DNA from: Folioceros fuciformis
Lineage: Eukaryota
Assembly: GCA_049999805.1 (NCBI GenBank)
Contig: JBNGIO010005803.1
Location: 77,203-141,202, forward strand
Reading direction: 5' to 3'
DNA length: 64,000 nt
Below, in pieces: positions 24,001 to 36,496 of this stretch. A program made the position numbers and the translations under genes. The notes under the pieces are model-generated. The model worked only from the letters and a program-made list of their open reading frames with translations. It ran no database searches and was not told the origin of the DNA. Numbering within the stretch: the first letter of the stretch is position 1; each line of letters begins with the position of its first letter.

Positions 24001-27000
24001 TTAATACCAATTCTCATTTGCCAAAGAAGTACAGAAGGCTTTCTTCAGCCACCCAAAAATTGACGTTCGCACGGGGAAATCAAGGGAACACCTTAAATAT
24101 GTACATCAGTGACTTCACAACACTCATATGATAACTGGAGTGGGAGGGCTCACGAAGAATTCGGATGAGTGCATTGATGGCAACCTGTAAACCAAGAGAA
24201 GCATGGCATGCATTAAAACTTACCATTGTCTGCAACCCACTTTCACGACAAAAACTCCCGAAGACAGAAGAAGAGATGACAGCAACACGGATGAAATCCT
24301 TACAGTAGGATAGTAGTCATCAGATGATCCAGACATTCCTCCAGACTGCCACAGCTCCACAGGAAGCTCCTCTACGGAGCGGACAAGGGTTCCTGGTTCA
24401 GAAGCTGCCGCACGTGATCCCTCCACGTAAGGACCCGATAGTTGTTGTAAGTTTCGCTTGTGGATATGAGGATCAAGGGCTCCCATGATACCAAGAACCT
24501 ATTATCACCACAAGGTTCAATGCACTTAGACCACAGTACAAAGATGTACACCAACATACCCGTCATCAGCTGGTCTAGGGGATCACAGAGTCAGCTGTTG
24601 TACCTTCAACACCTCCTGCCTAGTCGACCATTTGAGATCGCCATCTAGGAGTCGTAACAAGACTCCAAGCAGGGTTGGATGTTCTCTATATGGAGCAACC
24701 ACGTACCTGCAAGAAATATGCAAAGATGAGAAGAGGACGTACAAATGCAAATTGACATACTCCAGGCCCCATGTATGTAAGCTTTACCCGGTGCTTGCAG
24801 CTATTTTCCCAAGGGTAGAAACTGCCACTTCTCTTTTCATTGAAGAGGCACCATCCATAAGTGCATCCACAATACGAGGCATAAGACTTGGAAGATCTGG
24901 TACAATAGCCAAGCCCCCCTGAAACAAGACACATCACCCTTTAATCGAGACCAACAACCTTCTGGCAAGCAGTAGAATGGACCTAGGTTCTTCTTATACC
25001 ACCGTCCAAGAATCCGGCTAGCTCATCACAAACACGTTAGCCAAAAGAGATTGCAATGCGGGAAAGGAATATTCACCACTTTGGCTAGCTCCCCAACTGT
25101 GGCTAAGACTCCTGTGACTACAGAGTTGTTACCGCTTCCCACAAGCCCATCACCCAGTTTGGCAATCAAAGTCTGCACAGTAGAGAAAACAGGCATGAAA
25201 TTTGAACCAGTATCTTGCTGTATCCATTCTCTATACGTAGTTGAAGCAAAACTGGCCACCATCACTGCTCGAACTCACCTTCAGAACCGGTGTAATGTAG
25301 GGTGCCATAAGACGTTCACATGCCTTGATGAGACATCCCAACAATTTTGCGCTCTCCTCTCTACTTTTACTTTCAGGACTGATGATACCAGAAGAAACCT
25401 TGTCAAAAAGCATCTGCAGATGATGGACCTGATCCAAGCAATACCATGCACAAACCCCATGGGGCCTTGTACCTTTGCTCCAAGTCCCTAAGCAGCTGCA
25501 GAAGATGCCTCCTCAAGGCAGGAAGGACATACGCTGGATTTTTTTCCGCAAGCCTGCCGGCCATGATGATGGCACGCTCTCGTACTTCAAAGGACTAGAC
25601 ATACGAGATATCAGGATATGAAACAGATACAAGTACTTTGAACCTTACGAAATAGCCAATGACAATGCCAAGAAGAAGTCAGGAACCGATGTACTGACAG
25701 ATGGACACATTGGCCCTAGAATCACCTCGTCATTGAGAGAAATGAAGACAGCACGCAGACTATCTGCCTGGGCCAAGAAGTCCTCGAAGCTCCGATTTTT
25801 AGAAAGAGCCAAGTAAATGGCCGAGCGCACACTAGCGTCTGTATCTGCTACTGCTGCCACCAGAAGCTTCTCCAAAATCTGTACCATCGTATTGGATCAG
25901 CCATGGTAACAATACAGCAAATTATAAATTAAACTACTCCAGCATGAAGAGGAACACACACCCCCACCAAGAGCATGGACTAACCTCTTCAATCAGATGA
26001 CGACGCCTTCTGAAGCCGACTGCAATACCTCGTGGACTTTGGGTTGTCCAGAGGCGGGATCCTGCTGCGTCGGCTTCAGCAGTGCTCACGGAATGCTCAA
26101 CAAGCCTGCAGCAGCAGATTGCAGCATCCCTCCGGGTAACAGGATCTTCGTCATCCAAATAGGATACAACAGACTCCCTTGCGAACTCTAGTAGCTCATG
26201 ACCCTGTTGAACACCATTGGTACAAGTTTCAAATGACATTGGAAGCTAGGTATCGAAATACAGGCACAGGGTGGGAGAAACCAGCTCACCGAGAGGTTGA
26301 ACTCAGCCAATGTCCTGAGCGCAAGTTGGGTAAGAGCTGGGCCTGGGATATCAGGCAAAGGCTGTAAAGTGGGAGAAGATGCAGACCGCACAACCCCTTT
26401 GATTGATCGGTAAGGAGTTTTAGCCAACACATATGAAATTGTCTCTAGAAGCTTCTCTTGAATCTTAGGTAAGAGCAAGTCCATACTGCAAGGAATTGCA
26501 GCCATCATGTCATGCCTACCGTGTAACGCTGCCCGAAGTAACAAAGGACTCACGAAACCATACATCTGTAGAGCATTCTAGGTGATCAAAGAGCCTACCT
26601 CCTTCCAATTTTCCTCAGGGATTCAACAAGCACTGGTGTCAGGCCAGCAGCAAACATAAGGTCCAATAGCCCCCGGACATGCTCTTCCATATCCAATCTC
26701 AGCGCCTTAGCTAGACAGCCAACACATGCTATGGCACTGGGGCAAGGCTTTCCCCTCCGTGGTGCTATCTGCAGACCAAGTTCAACATCTGATTGAGCTT
26801 TGCAGTCTTCGAGTGGGTCCACGAGTTGGTCAGCACATAGCAAAGACATCTGTAGCAAGACTTGTGGTGAAATAAACTAGAAGTCAAAGGTAAAAGATAC
26901 CGCGTCCCGTAGCAATGCAGCAATGACGGGTAGATAAGACTTCAGTTCCCGACCAATAGACTGAGCCATCTCTCCAAGAGCATCAAAACCACTAGCCCGC

Positions 27001-29461
27001 TCTGTGGGATTGCGCATCACAGCTAGAAGATGCTCCATGCAGATCTGCAGACAATCAATAAATTGTAACAAGTCAATGTTCGCGTTTCAACCAGCAAAAC
27101 AACAACGGCATCTTGAAGTACCAACCGTCAGATAAGAGTTTATGAAGCGGTCCCGCAGAAAATCAGCAATGCGCGGCAAGAGAGCAGTAATACTACGGCG
27201 AACAAGCTTGTCCCTATGCTCCCTGTACTTAAACACAATGGCTGCTACTTCCTTGTAGCGAGACATCATGAAATCGCCTGTGTTCCTGCATCAAGGACAC
27301 AATTAGGGTCCCAGTCAGAGAAGGAACAGTAATGGGCTCACGTTGTTCAGCAGACGAGCAAAATCAAATTCAAATACCCAAAATCACCGACCTCAGAAGC
27401 TCTCCAACTGCCAGCAAGGAGCCATGGATGCTTTCAACATTGGCATTCTTCGCAAGACCATCCTGTGTGGCCTCAAACATGCGATAATACCTGGAAGCAA
27501 GAATGGGTTAAGGAGGATGGAGAAGCTGGCAAGACGGAGACTACAATAAAATCTAGACAACATCTCCTCACCATTGCACACGCCATCGAGTTTCCCTTGT
27601 CTCAATCACACGAAGGCAAGCCCGCAGAGCTTCCACAGCCCCTTCCCGTATTGCAAGGATGGGATCTCGTAAGGCAACCCAGACAGCATCAATGAACTCA
27701 GGCACATGTATATTGAACACAGTGGAAGCATGCTCTGCCATCTCCTGCACAAGAAGGAAACAGAAAGCCCTCAGAACCAAAAAGTCCAGTTCACGGCACA
27801 ACACCCATGAGAAAGTTGAAAAAGGCCGAACCTTCAGTATGTGCACAGCAGCAAAGCGTCTATGCTCCACTCGTTCACCTTGCAACCAGCTCAAAGAGCG
27901 CGTCAACTGGTCAAAAAAGGGCAAAAGCACGTTGAGGTCTTCCATCTCGGCATGAAATCCAGGATGGTGTGCAACTATAGAACAGTAGCAAGCAGTTGAG
28001 GGCGGGCCAGTATACCCCCTACCTAGCATGAGGGCACCCGAGCAGGGAAACCAACCTGGAGCTCGACAACGTCGATGGTAAGGGCTCCACCCTCGTGCAC
28101 GAGATGGCCAAGAGCTGAACTTGCAGCCCTGATAGTGTCAAAATCCCGCTTCGTCTCAAAGACATCCCCAAGATAACCAGCAAAGCGTGCAACTTTGGTG
28201 GCATTCTCCCCCAATCGGACATCAATGAGATCATCGATAGCACGGACTGCGCCCAGGTTGTCATGCACATCTTCACTCGCTAGACACTTCTGGATGGACT
28301 CGTAGAAGTTCTCCATAAACCGTTGATAGGCCTCTCCTCCAAGGTCTCGCGCTTCCTCCTCGACATGCTTCCGGAGAAGCATAGCCTCCTGTTTATCGCG
28401 GCAATAATTAACACAAGCTCAGCAAGCAATAAGGCCCCTGACGTGCCACCAGCACCTGCCCCGTGCAACAGTCAGGGCACCCGCAACGACAAGACGGCGA
28501 GCCCGTTTGGCCCGCGCGGACACCAGGGGCAGCAAACTCAGCACGACTCCAAATGAAAGCCAAAGTGGCACGATCCTCTCAAGCCAACAGCAACCGAGAT
28601 GGAAACAGGACACCACACTCGGACTCAGAAAACAACAAGCCCATTTCCAGTTCCCCCTCACTCTCCACTCGTAAGAAAGCACTGCAGCAGCAGCGGCAAG
28701 TCGACCTCCTAAACGTCACCTTGGCACACAGCCAGACCAGCGAGCCATGAGCGTCGTGAGAGACGCCCGCCGCTGCAAGAGCGGCAGACCGAGGCACCGT
28801 GGTCTCCTTTACATGAGTACACGCCCTGCGGTCAGGCCAAAAGCGCGTCTCTCACCAATGCAACTCACTAAGCCTCAATGCCGCTAACCCCTGCCTCCGA
28901 GGGAGTCTGCGAGCTGCCCACATGCAATTCGGTGAGCCAGGATGCACCCAATCCCCCGAGCCCAGCGAAGATGCGAGACAGTGAGGCAGGAAGGGAGGCG
29001 GCAGCCAAAATTGGGCCTCGCCACCTCATCAGCGACCGAATTGTGCAAAAGCACGATCGGGAGGGGGAGGGGGAGCGGGAAGGAACGAAGGCTGGTACCA
29101 AGCCACCAGCAGTCCGACACAGAATGGGCCACACTTGATCGATAACACACACACTGCTCCTTGGAGCAGTACAGCAGCTCGCCCCTACCCTACAGGAAGC
29201 ATAGGCACGGGGAACAGAGGTCACCTGATGGGAGCCAGTGCGGCAGAGGTCGGCGAGGAGGCGGCGCACCGTATCAGGCCCCTGCGTCACCTGGCGATGG
29301 AGCTGGTGCAGGTGGAGCGAGGAGGGGTGGCCAATCCCATGCCCCCCGGCGTGCAGCATGAGGCCCTGGGAGCTGGGCTGGGCCGCCGGGCCCGTCCCGT
29401 GGCCATGGTGGTGCAGCGAGTGGGAATGCTGCTGCGAGTGCGCGTGCGCGTGTGCCTGCGC

Positions 29462-29504
<43 letters not shown>

Positions 29505-29560
29505 GGCTGCGTCTGGTGCTGCTGCTGCTGGTGCAGCTGCGTGAGGGGTCCCGCTGCCAT
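15019..29560 (-). CDS. TOR: Target of rapamycin Ser/Thr kinase, complete, roughly 55 GT-AG introns
   Basis: HEAT repeats, FAT, FRB ([24 protein letters not shown]), kinase ([66 protein letters not shown]) and FATC ([14 protein letters not shown]). ATG 29560, TAG 15021-15019. Confidence 0.98.
29465..29503 (-). repeat. Pure (CAG)13 coding microsatellite (polyQ) in TOR exon 1
   Basis: (CTG)13 on +, in frame with the TOR ATG. Confidence 0.95.
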
Positions 29561-29579
29561 GCTTGCCGCTGCTCCCTGG

Positions 29580-29597
29580 CTACCGCGCGGGCCGCAT
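29580..29597 (-). promoter_or_regulatory. uORF (MRPAR*) ending ~20 nt upstream of the TOR start codon
   Basis: ATG CGG CCC GCG CGG TAG on the - strand within the GC-rich leader. Confidence 0.6.
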
Positions 29598-30251
29598 TGA
29601 GGGGGCGCTGCGGGGGCGGGAAGGAGGGGGAGGTCGTGGAGGCGCCAGCGGGGCAGGCAGTCGCACCACCGCCACCACCACCAGGGAGACTGGTCCGAGA
29701 GCGGGGAGGAGCGCGGGCACCTCGGGGAAGCGGGTTCTGATGAAGCCAGGGGGGAGATGGGCGGGCCAGGCCACGCCCAACCAAGCTAAAGCTAGCTAGC
29801 TAGCCCCGCACCACTGCACTGCACGGCCCGGCTGGGCACACGGCAAAGCACACAGCAGAGGCCAGGCCAGCCCAGGCCAGGCCAGCCGGACTGTATACAC
29901 AGCCCAGCACGGCACAGCACAGCTCGCAGCACGCAGCACGGCGGAGTAGCTGGAGAGACCGGACCGGACCGAAAGGAAAGGAGCAGCAGCATGCGGGGCC
30001 GAGGAAAGCCCAGGGACAGAAGGCGCGTCCTACAGAGGAGCGCAACCAGCAACCAGCAACCAGCAGCCAGCAACCCCCAACACTGCTACTGCTGCTTTGC
30101 GGCCGCTTCAAGGAAAATAGAAATCGCACCAACAGCGCACTACCATGCGCACAATTTATACCTCTCCTTCCTCTTTCTCTCTCTCACACACCTTGTTGCC
30201 CAACCCAACTCCCCGTCCCCCGACTCCCACATACACGACGTACGTAGATAC

Positions 30252-30268
30252 TTTATATACATATATAA
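30252..30268 (-). promoter_or_regulatory. Candidate TATA box of TOR
   Basis: TTTATATATGTATATAAA on -, followed by GA-rich and GC-rich leader-like sequence. Confidence 0.45.
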
Positions 30269-30609
30269 ACAGAGCTCGCCTCGCACTCCTTTCCACCTTT
30301 GTTCGTTTTCTGTCTCCACGACCCGGTTCTGGTCTCGGACCCGGCCCCTTGCCCTCCCTCCTGGACATCTAACCCACGTACAAAACGATACAGTCTTCCG
30401 TAGGCCGCCACAACCTCACCTCCTGTGTACCTCCGCAGAGCTTAGGTATGTTCTATCTAATAATACTATTTTTTTTTCTTTTTTTTTCACAGAATGAAAC
30501 AAAGCTGTGAGGTACTACATAAGTTTGATCCAAGGAGGCTCATGAGCGAGCATAAAACATTCTAGGTTGTGTTCAGCTGGCAGAAGAAGGAATGATGATA
30601 TGAAGTACA

Positions 30610-33170
30610 ATAAATGTAGTCTAGATCACATCTAGCCGCAGGCGCAAACGAAGATATAGAGATTGAATGCATTCTAGGTCACATTTGGCCGCACGCGCGA
30701 ACAGAGATATAGAGATGAAATGCATTCTAGGTCACACCTTGCTCTAGGCGGGAATGCATTCGAGGTCACATTGGCAGGAATGCATTCGAGGTCACATTGG
30801 CGGGAATGTATTCGAGGTCACATTGGAGGCAGGCAGGAACGAAGATATAGAGTGTAAATGCATGGCTAGATTGCACTGCTAAGACAAGGATGTTTAGTAC
30901 AAACGCTTGGTTCAAATACAGTGCAAGAACAACACACTAGAGAGTACAACTCCTAGGTTCATGTGATGCGAACAACGATGAAGATAGAGTACGGACGTCC
31001 TATTCATCTTTCACTACCCGCTAGGTGTATGAAGTGCAGGACAGCATGCGTTACGGAGAGGACACCAACCAGCACAACACATTGTCAAGCATAGTTCGAT
31101 GAAGTACCAATGTTAGGTTTAGACTCTAGCCAGAACAATGTCAGGTTTAGACACTAGCAAGGACAAGAAAGCACCATAGAGCACCAACGTCAGGTTTAAA
31201 TGCATAGCGCGAAAGCAATGTTGTAGAGAGGACAACAGCCCAGACACACTACAGTACAACATGATAGAGTACCAATGTCAGGTTTAAATCTGACAAAGCG
31301 TGAGAGCAACATTAGCGAGATCCGACAAAGCACGAGAGCAACGTCCCACATATGACAAAAGCTAGGTCTATATATTGCAAAGCAGGATAACATTGCTCCA
31401 GAGTATATGTATTGTAGTGCAAGGGTGATGCTGCAACAGAGTGTAGAGAAGACAACAACTAGGTTGAAATAGCGCAATGCAAGATAAGTACACAAGTCGA
31501 GGTTCATACATGAAACTTGATAGCATCGCGGAGTACAAAAGGTTTGTGAGAAGCATCACATGTAGTACTATTCCTTAATTAAGAATTCATATAGCGAGGC
31601 TGCATGGAAGTTGTTGTACATAAATCCCGCGAGGTTGGATTGTGTCGCCTAAGAATGCCGTGGTAGAGCACCAACACTAGATTCATATACTGCAAGAACG
31701 ACCAATTAAGATCTACAGGACAATAGCAATTAAGAACAATGCTCAAGAGTACAAACTTTAGGTTCTTTGTGCAAGGAGCAAGCCTATGCAAAGAACTTAC
31801 TAGCGAAGTACGATACAACTGTTAAGTTCAAATAGCCCTAGCCAAGGATAAGAATATTCTTGATGGAAATATAACATTTATATCAAACTCCAATGAAAAC
31901 AAGATGTAGCATTATTGTAACATGATTCTTGGACCCATTATTGATATCTTATATGATCACAATATGACCACCATTCCTCTGTTCAATATTATGCAAGGAC
32001 AAAAACGGTGTTTGCACTTTGTTAATTAGATTCGGGTTGAAAGTATCAAGGTCTGAAACATCTAATATGTTTTAAAAAAAGTTGACCTCTTTCATATATG
32101 AGCGATATCCTATACATAATGGCATAAACTAAAAGGCAGCTAAAATAAATATTGTTTTGCTAATGAATAAAGTTTTATTATGCAACCATATATAAGATCT
32201 AGATGTAGTTAACATGCTGTCGTTTGAACATGTTGCAATGAACTTAATAGGTTGTCTTTTGAATGGGTTTTTTCCTCTTTTATGCCATGCAAATGTTTAG
32301 TTTGTACTAGTAGCTAGTAGAGTAAACTAATAGGAGCTGCTTGACAATTTTATCACAGGTAGAGAAGGACCACCTTGGGTGTGTACCTCTCAACTTAGTC
32401 ATGGGTAGAAGAGAATGATTGACTGGTATCTTGTCACTTCTGGTATGCTACTTCTCTTGTTGCTTCCAAGCATGCTTTTCTTCTTTTCTTCTCTTGTCAC
32501 TTTTGGGCATGCTACCTTTCAATGTGGCTCCTCTCCTCTCTCCTCTTCTCTTGTCACTTGTAGACAGGCTCATCTTTCAAGGTGGGTAGCTCATACCTTT
32601 ATCACTTTTGTGTAGTTCTCCTTTCCAAGTAGGCTACCTTTCAAGATAGCTCTTATCTTATCACTTCCATGTTGGCCCTTATCCTATCACCTCCAGGCAG
32701 GCTACCTTTCAAATTAGCTCTCCTCATGTCACTTATAAATAGGCTATCTTTCAAATTGGCTCTCCTCATGTCACTTATGAGTAGGCTACCTTTTAATGTT
32801 ACTTCATCGCAACCTTTCAACTTCATTGCGCGCGGAATGACACTTTCAACTTCATAGGATGCAAATGGACAAAGAAAGAAAAGGACTCTTGAGCTAAATT
32901 ATTGCAAATGGCAAGGATATGATCTTATCACTCTAGAAAGTATTCACATGAGTTGGGAAAGCCTTTGGAGAATGACTTTGTTACTTAGAGAGGAAGGGTA
33001 CAATGTGATAATGATGAAAATACTTGAAATGGTAAGGCCTTTGGAGAAGAGTGTGATGGATGAAAGCCCTTAATGTCGGAGCGTTTAGAGAAGAATGTGA
33101 GCCACCCACCTTGAAAGACGAGTTGTACTCAACTTTGTCTCTCCTAGAAGAGCTCAGGGAAGCGAACACC
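30610..33170. repeat. Degenerate minisatellite / transposon-relic block
   Basis: 26-bp unit ggaatgcattcgaggtcacattggc x3 (30751-30826), preceded by ~53-bp units. Recurrent agtaccaatgtcaggttt-like units at 31.0-31.8 kb and aggctacctttcaa...gtcactt units at 32.5-32.8 kb. No credible ORF. Confidence 0.6.
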
Positions 33171-33369
33171 TAAAGAACAAGGCAATCAAAATGTATTAGG
33201 TACGTAACCAAGTACTGACCTAACCTAACTATTGTTCTAACCTAGCTTGACTAGCAAAGTAAAGTTATGCTAGGTGGCTGTATGTAAGGTTCGCTAGCGG
33301 ACTGAAAAGAAACAGAACTTTCTTACATGGGACAGCTTCCATAAGTCCGGGGAAGTCCAGAAGTGACAC

Positions 33370-35900
33370 AAATGCTTCTTGCTTCGGGTTGCAGATATGT
33401 CTTTCAGCCTCAGCTGACTACAGGCGTGCTAGGCTCGTCAATCGGAAGCATCCCAAGGGAAGCAAGAGTAGGCCTCGTCCCCAACCCGAAAACTGTGCCC
33501 CAATCCGTCCAAGTCTGTCCACCAACTCTGAGCCGGCACTTTCCATGCCCTGCTTGTTTTTCTCCAGTCCTGTATCTCCTGTGTCTGCTCCCACATCTGG
33601 GCAGACGTGTAGATGTTGGACATCAACACATATGGTGCAGGATCAGTCTTGTCTAGATTCACTGATTCATCGAAGGTGAGGCACCCCACATCCACATTGC
33701 TCCACTTTCGACAAGCACTCAACAGAGTGTGCCAGATTGCAGGATTGGGCAGTACAGGCATAATCCTCACTAGAACTAGTGCTTAGCTCAGGTGCCTTGC
33801 TCGGCCCAGGAGATCCACGATGCATGAGTAGTGGTCCACAGTGGGGGGCAATGACGTAGTCCCTGTGAATGGCCTCGAAGAATTCTCTCCCCTTTGTCAC
33901 CAGACTTGCATGACTACACGCTGTTAATACACTCAGGAATGTTACACTCGCTGGCCGTATAGCATGCTCTATCATTCTCTGGACCAAGTCGAAGACTGCT
34001 TCGCTGTCACTATGAGAGGTGTAGCCTGCAATCAGTGCACTCCAGGCGACAAAGTCTCTTTTGGGTAGTGCCTCAAACACCTGCTGTGCATCCACCATGC
34101 TCCCGCACTTTCCATACATGTTTATCAAACTGGACCCTAAAACCACATCAGCTTGCAACTCTTGTTCTTCGATCTCCACATATAACTGCCTTCCCAGATG
34201 CAAGGCTGCCAAATCTGCGCATACCTGCAGGAGGCACACAAACGTTACGGAATCAGGTACGGACATGCCATCCTCTTGCATAGCTCGGTAGAGGCTGAGG
34301 GCATCCTGGCCCATGCCCCTGTTGCGAATTTCCTGCGATCATGGCATTCCGCGTGCCCACGACTTTCTCACCGAGTCCGTCAAACACGCTCTGGGCATCG
34401 TCCAAGCCGCCACACTTGGCATGCATGTTCACCAACCTGTTGGCCACGAGCACCTCGTCTTGATATCCTCCTTCTCTAATATGCACATGAAGCTCCTTCC
34501 CCTGCTCCAGAGCTGGAGTGCCCATACCTGCGCAAGCCTGCAGAAGGCACACAAACGTCACAGCATTCGGCACGACCATGCCCTCTTCTAGCATGGCGTT
34601 GTACAAACGAAGAGCTTCCTGCCCCATTCCTTGCTGGGAATAGCCTGCTATCATGGCATTCCAAGTCACCACGTCTTTTCTACCAAGACAGTCAAAGACT
34701 CACCGAGCATCCTCAAAGCTGCCACACTTTGCATACATGTCCACTAAACTGTTGGCTAGAAACACATCATCTTCATATCCCTGTTGCCTAATCTGTGCAT
34801 TAAGCTGCTTCCCCATCTCCACAGCCGGGTTGCCCACACTCGCAAACGCCTGCAGGAGGCACAGAAATGTCACAGAATTGGGCACAGCGACTCCCTCTGC
34901 TTGCATAGCCCAGTACAGACCCAGGACTTCCACCCCCATGCCCTGCTGGGAATATCCTGCAATCAGAGCAGTCCACGTGACTACATTTTTCTGCTCAAGT
35001 CCATCAAACACTCTTCGAGCCTCTTCTACGCTGGCACACTTGGAATACATGTCCACCAGGCAGTTGCAAACGAACACATCAGGGTCAACGCCAGCAGCCA
35101 ACACATCAGCGTGCAGCTCCTGCCCAGCTTTCAAATCCCCACCCCTAGCACAAGCCTGAAGGGCTGCCACAAACACATGCCAATCCGGCTCCACACTTGA
35201 CCTGCGCATCCCACGATACAACTCCAGTGCCTCCTCGTTTCGTCCCTGCCCAACACGCACAGAAATGATGGAAGACCACATGAAGGCACCTGGGCGGGCA
35301 ACCATGGTGAACACATCCATCGTGTCCTGCAACCTGCCATGCCAAGCATACATCCGCACTATGTGGTTGCACAGGAAGGTGTCCAACTCGTACCCCTCTT
35401 TCACCACCAAAGCGTGGACGCGGCGACCCAGCACCAGATCCCTCCTCCCCACACATTCCTTCAGGCAGCGTACAGAAGGGGTCTGGAAACACCGCACCCT
35501 GTCTCCACCGAAACTCCCGACGCCTCAATGGCTTCAGGGAGGTGGCATTGACGACAAAGGCCACTCACGGTTTCACCTCGCACGCCCCTTCCTCCAGGCC
35601 CGCATCCGGGCAAGGAGGCAGCTGCCCCGCCCATCTCCATATTTAGCACGGCCCAGGTCCTCATCCACCCAAGCTGCCTTGCACAAGCTTTTCAACCAGA
35701 GAACCTTGCTTGAGCCTCGTCATTCCGGAGGTCGGACGCATTCCTCCTCTTCTGCTGCTGCCTCCTGTCCCACAAAAGTGTGGGCTCCTGAAGAAACTGC
35801 CGCCACAAAAGCTCCCGGCGAGGAGTCTAGGTGCAAGATCCGTCTCCGACCAGACATCCACTTCCACCGGCTTGGCTTCTGTTGCACCTGGCGCCATCTC
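33370..35900 (-). pseudogene. PLS-PPR pseudogene of the WW type (paralog of the 54-61 kb pair)
   Basis: PPR motifs split over several ORFs: in-frame TGA at 34702-34700, +1 frameshifts near 34317 and 33845, TAA near 33784, another frameshift near 35465. C-terminal KVPAQSWWTDLDGLGHSFRVGD. Confidence 0.9.
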
Positions 35901-36496
35901 TGATTGCAGCGTTGCACTTCGTGCACCCCAAAGCACTGGTTTCCCGGACACAGGAAAGTGGTTTTGTAAGTGAACACCGACAATTGATATCACTCTCGCA
36001 GGGTGACGAGCTTCACATTATTACAGCATCATAGCCAATTGCGCTGCTCGGGTTTCTACATCATGCCTTGACATTGTTCTCATCAGAAATGGCATGGCAA
36101 CGCAGTGACGTATTTTGTCTACATTCTAAGATTCTCATTCAATGCACCTGGCTCATGTAGGTGGCGTCCACTAGCGTGGAGGCAGTCCAGGGACGTTCTG
36201 TGATTTATGTGTATGGAGACACAACTGAGAAGCGACAACGACAGTTGTGTTAAACTATACTACAGGCCAAATTTCAACTTTGCCAACGTCAGAAGCCATC
36301 GCATTGGACGTTTCTCCTCAAACTGAGGAAGTCATGTGCTCCACAACTGCAAGAGCGAAGAAGTTGCAAGAAACAGGGCAGCAAGGATACTGACAAGAAA
36401 GATGGCCAGCGGGCCCCGGGCATCACGAGGTACGTCCAGGAGTTGGACAGCTATAATCCATGAGGATCCATACCAGGTCAGGACCACTACGCTCGT

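Noticed and set aside
29135-29784. Poly-Cys, poly-Leu and poly-Ser ORFs
   Set aside because: They are alternative frames and the antisense reading of the TOR CAG tract.
34700-34702. TGA at an expected Arg codon as a stop repaired by U-to-C editing
   Set aside because: This is a nuclear gene with several additional frameshifts; CpG deamination is the simpler cause.
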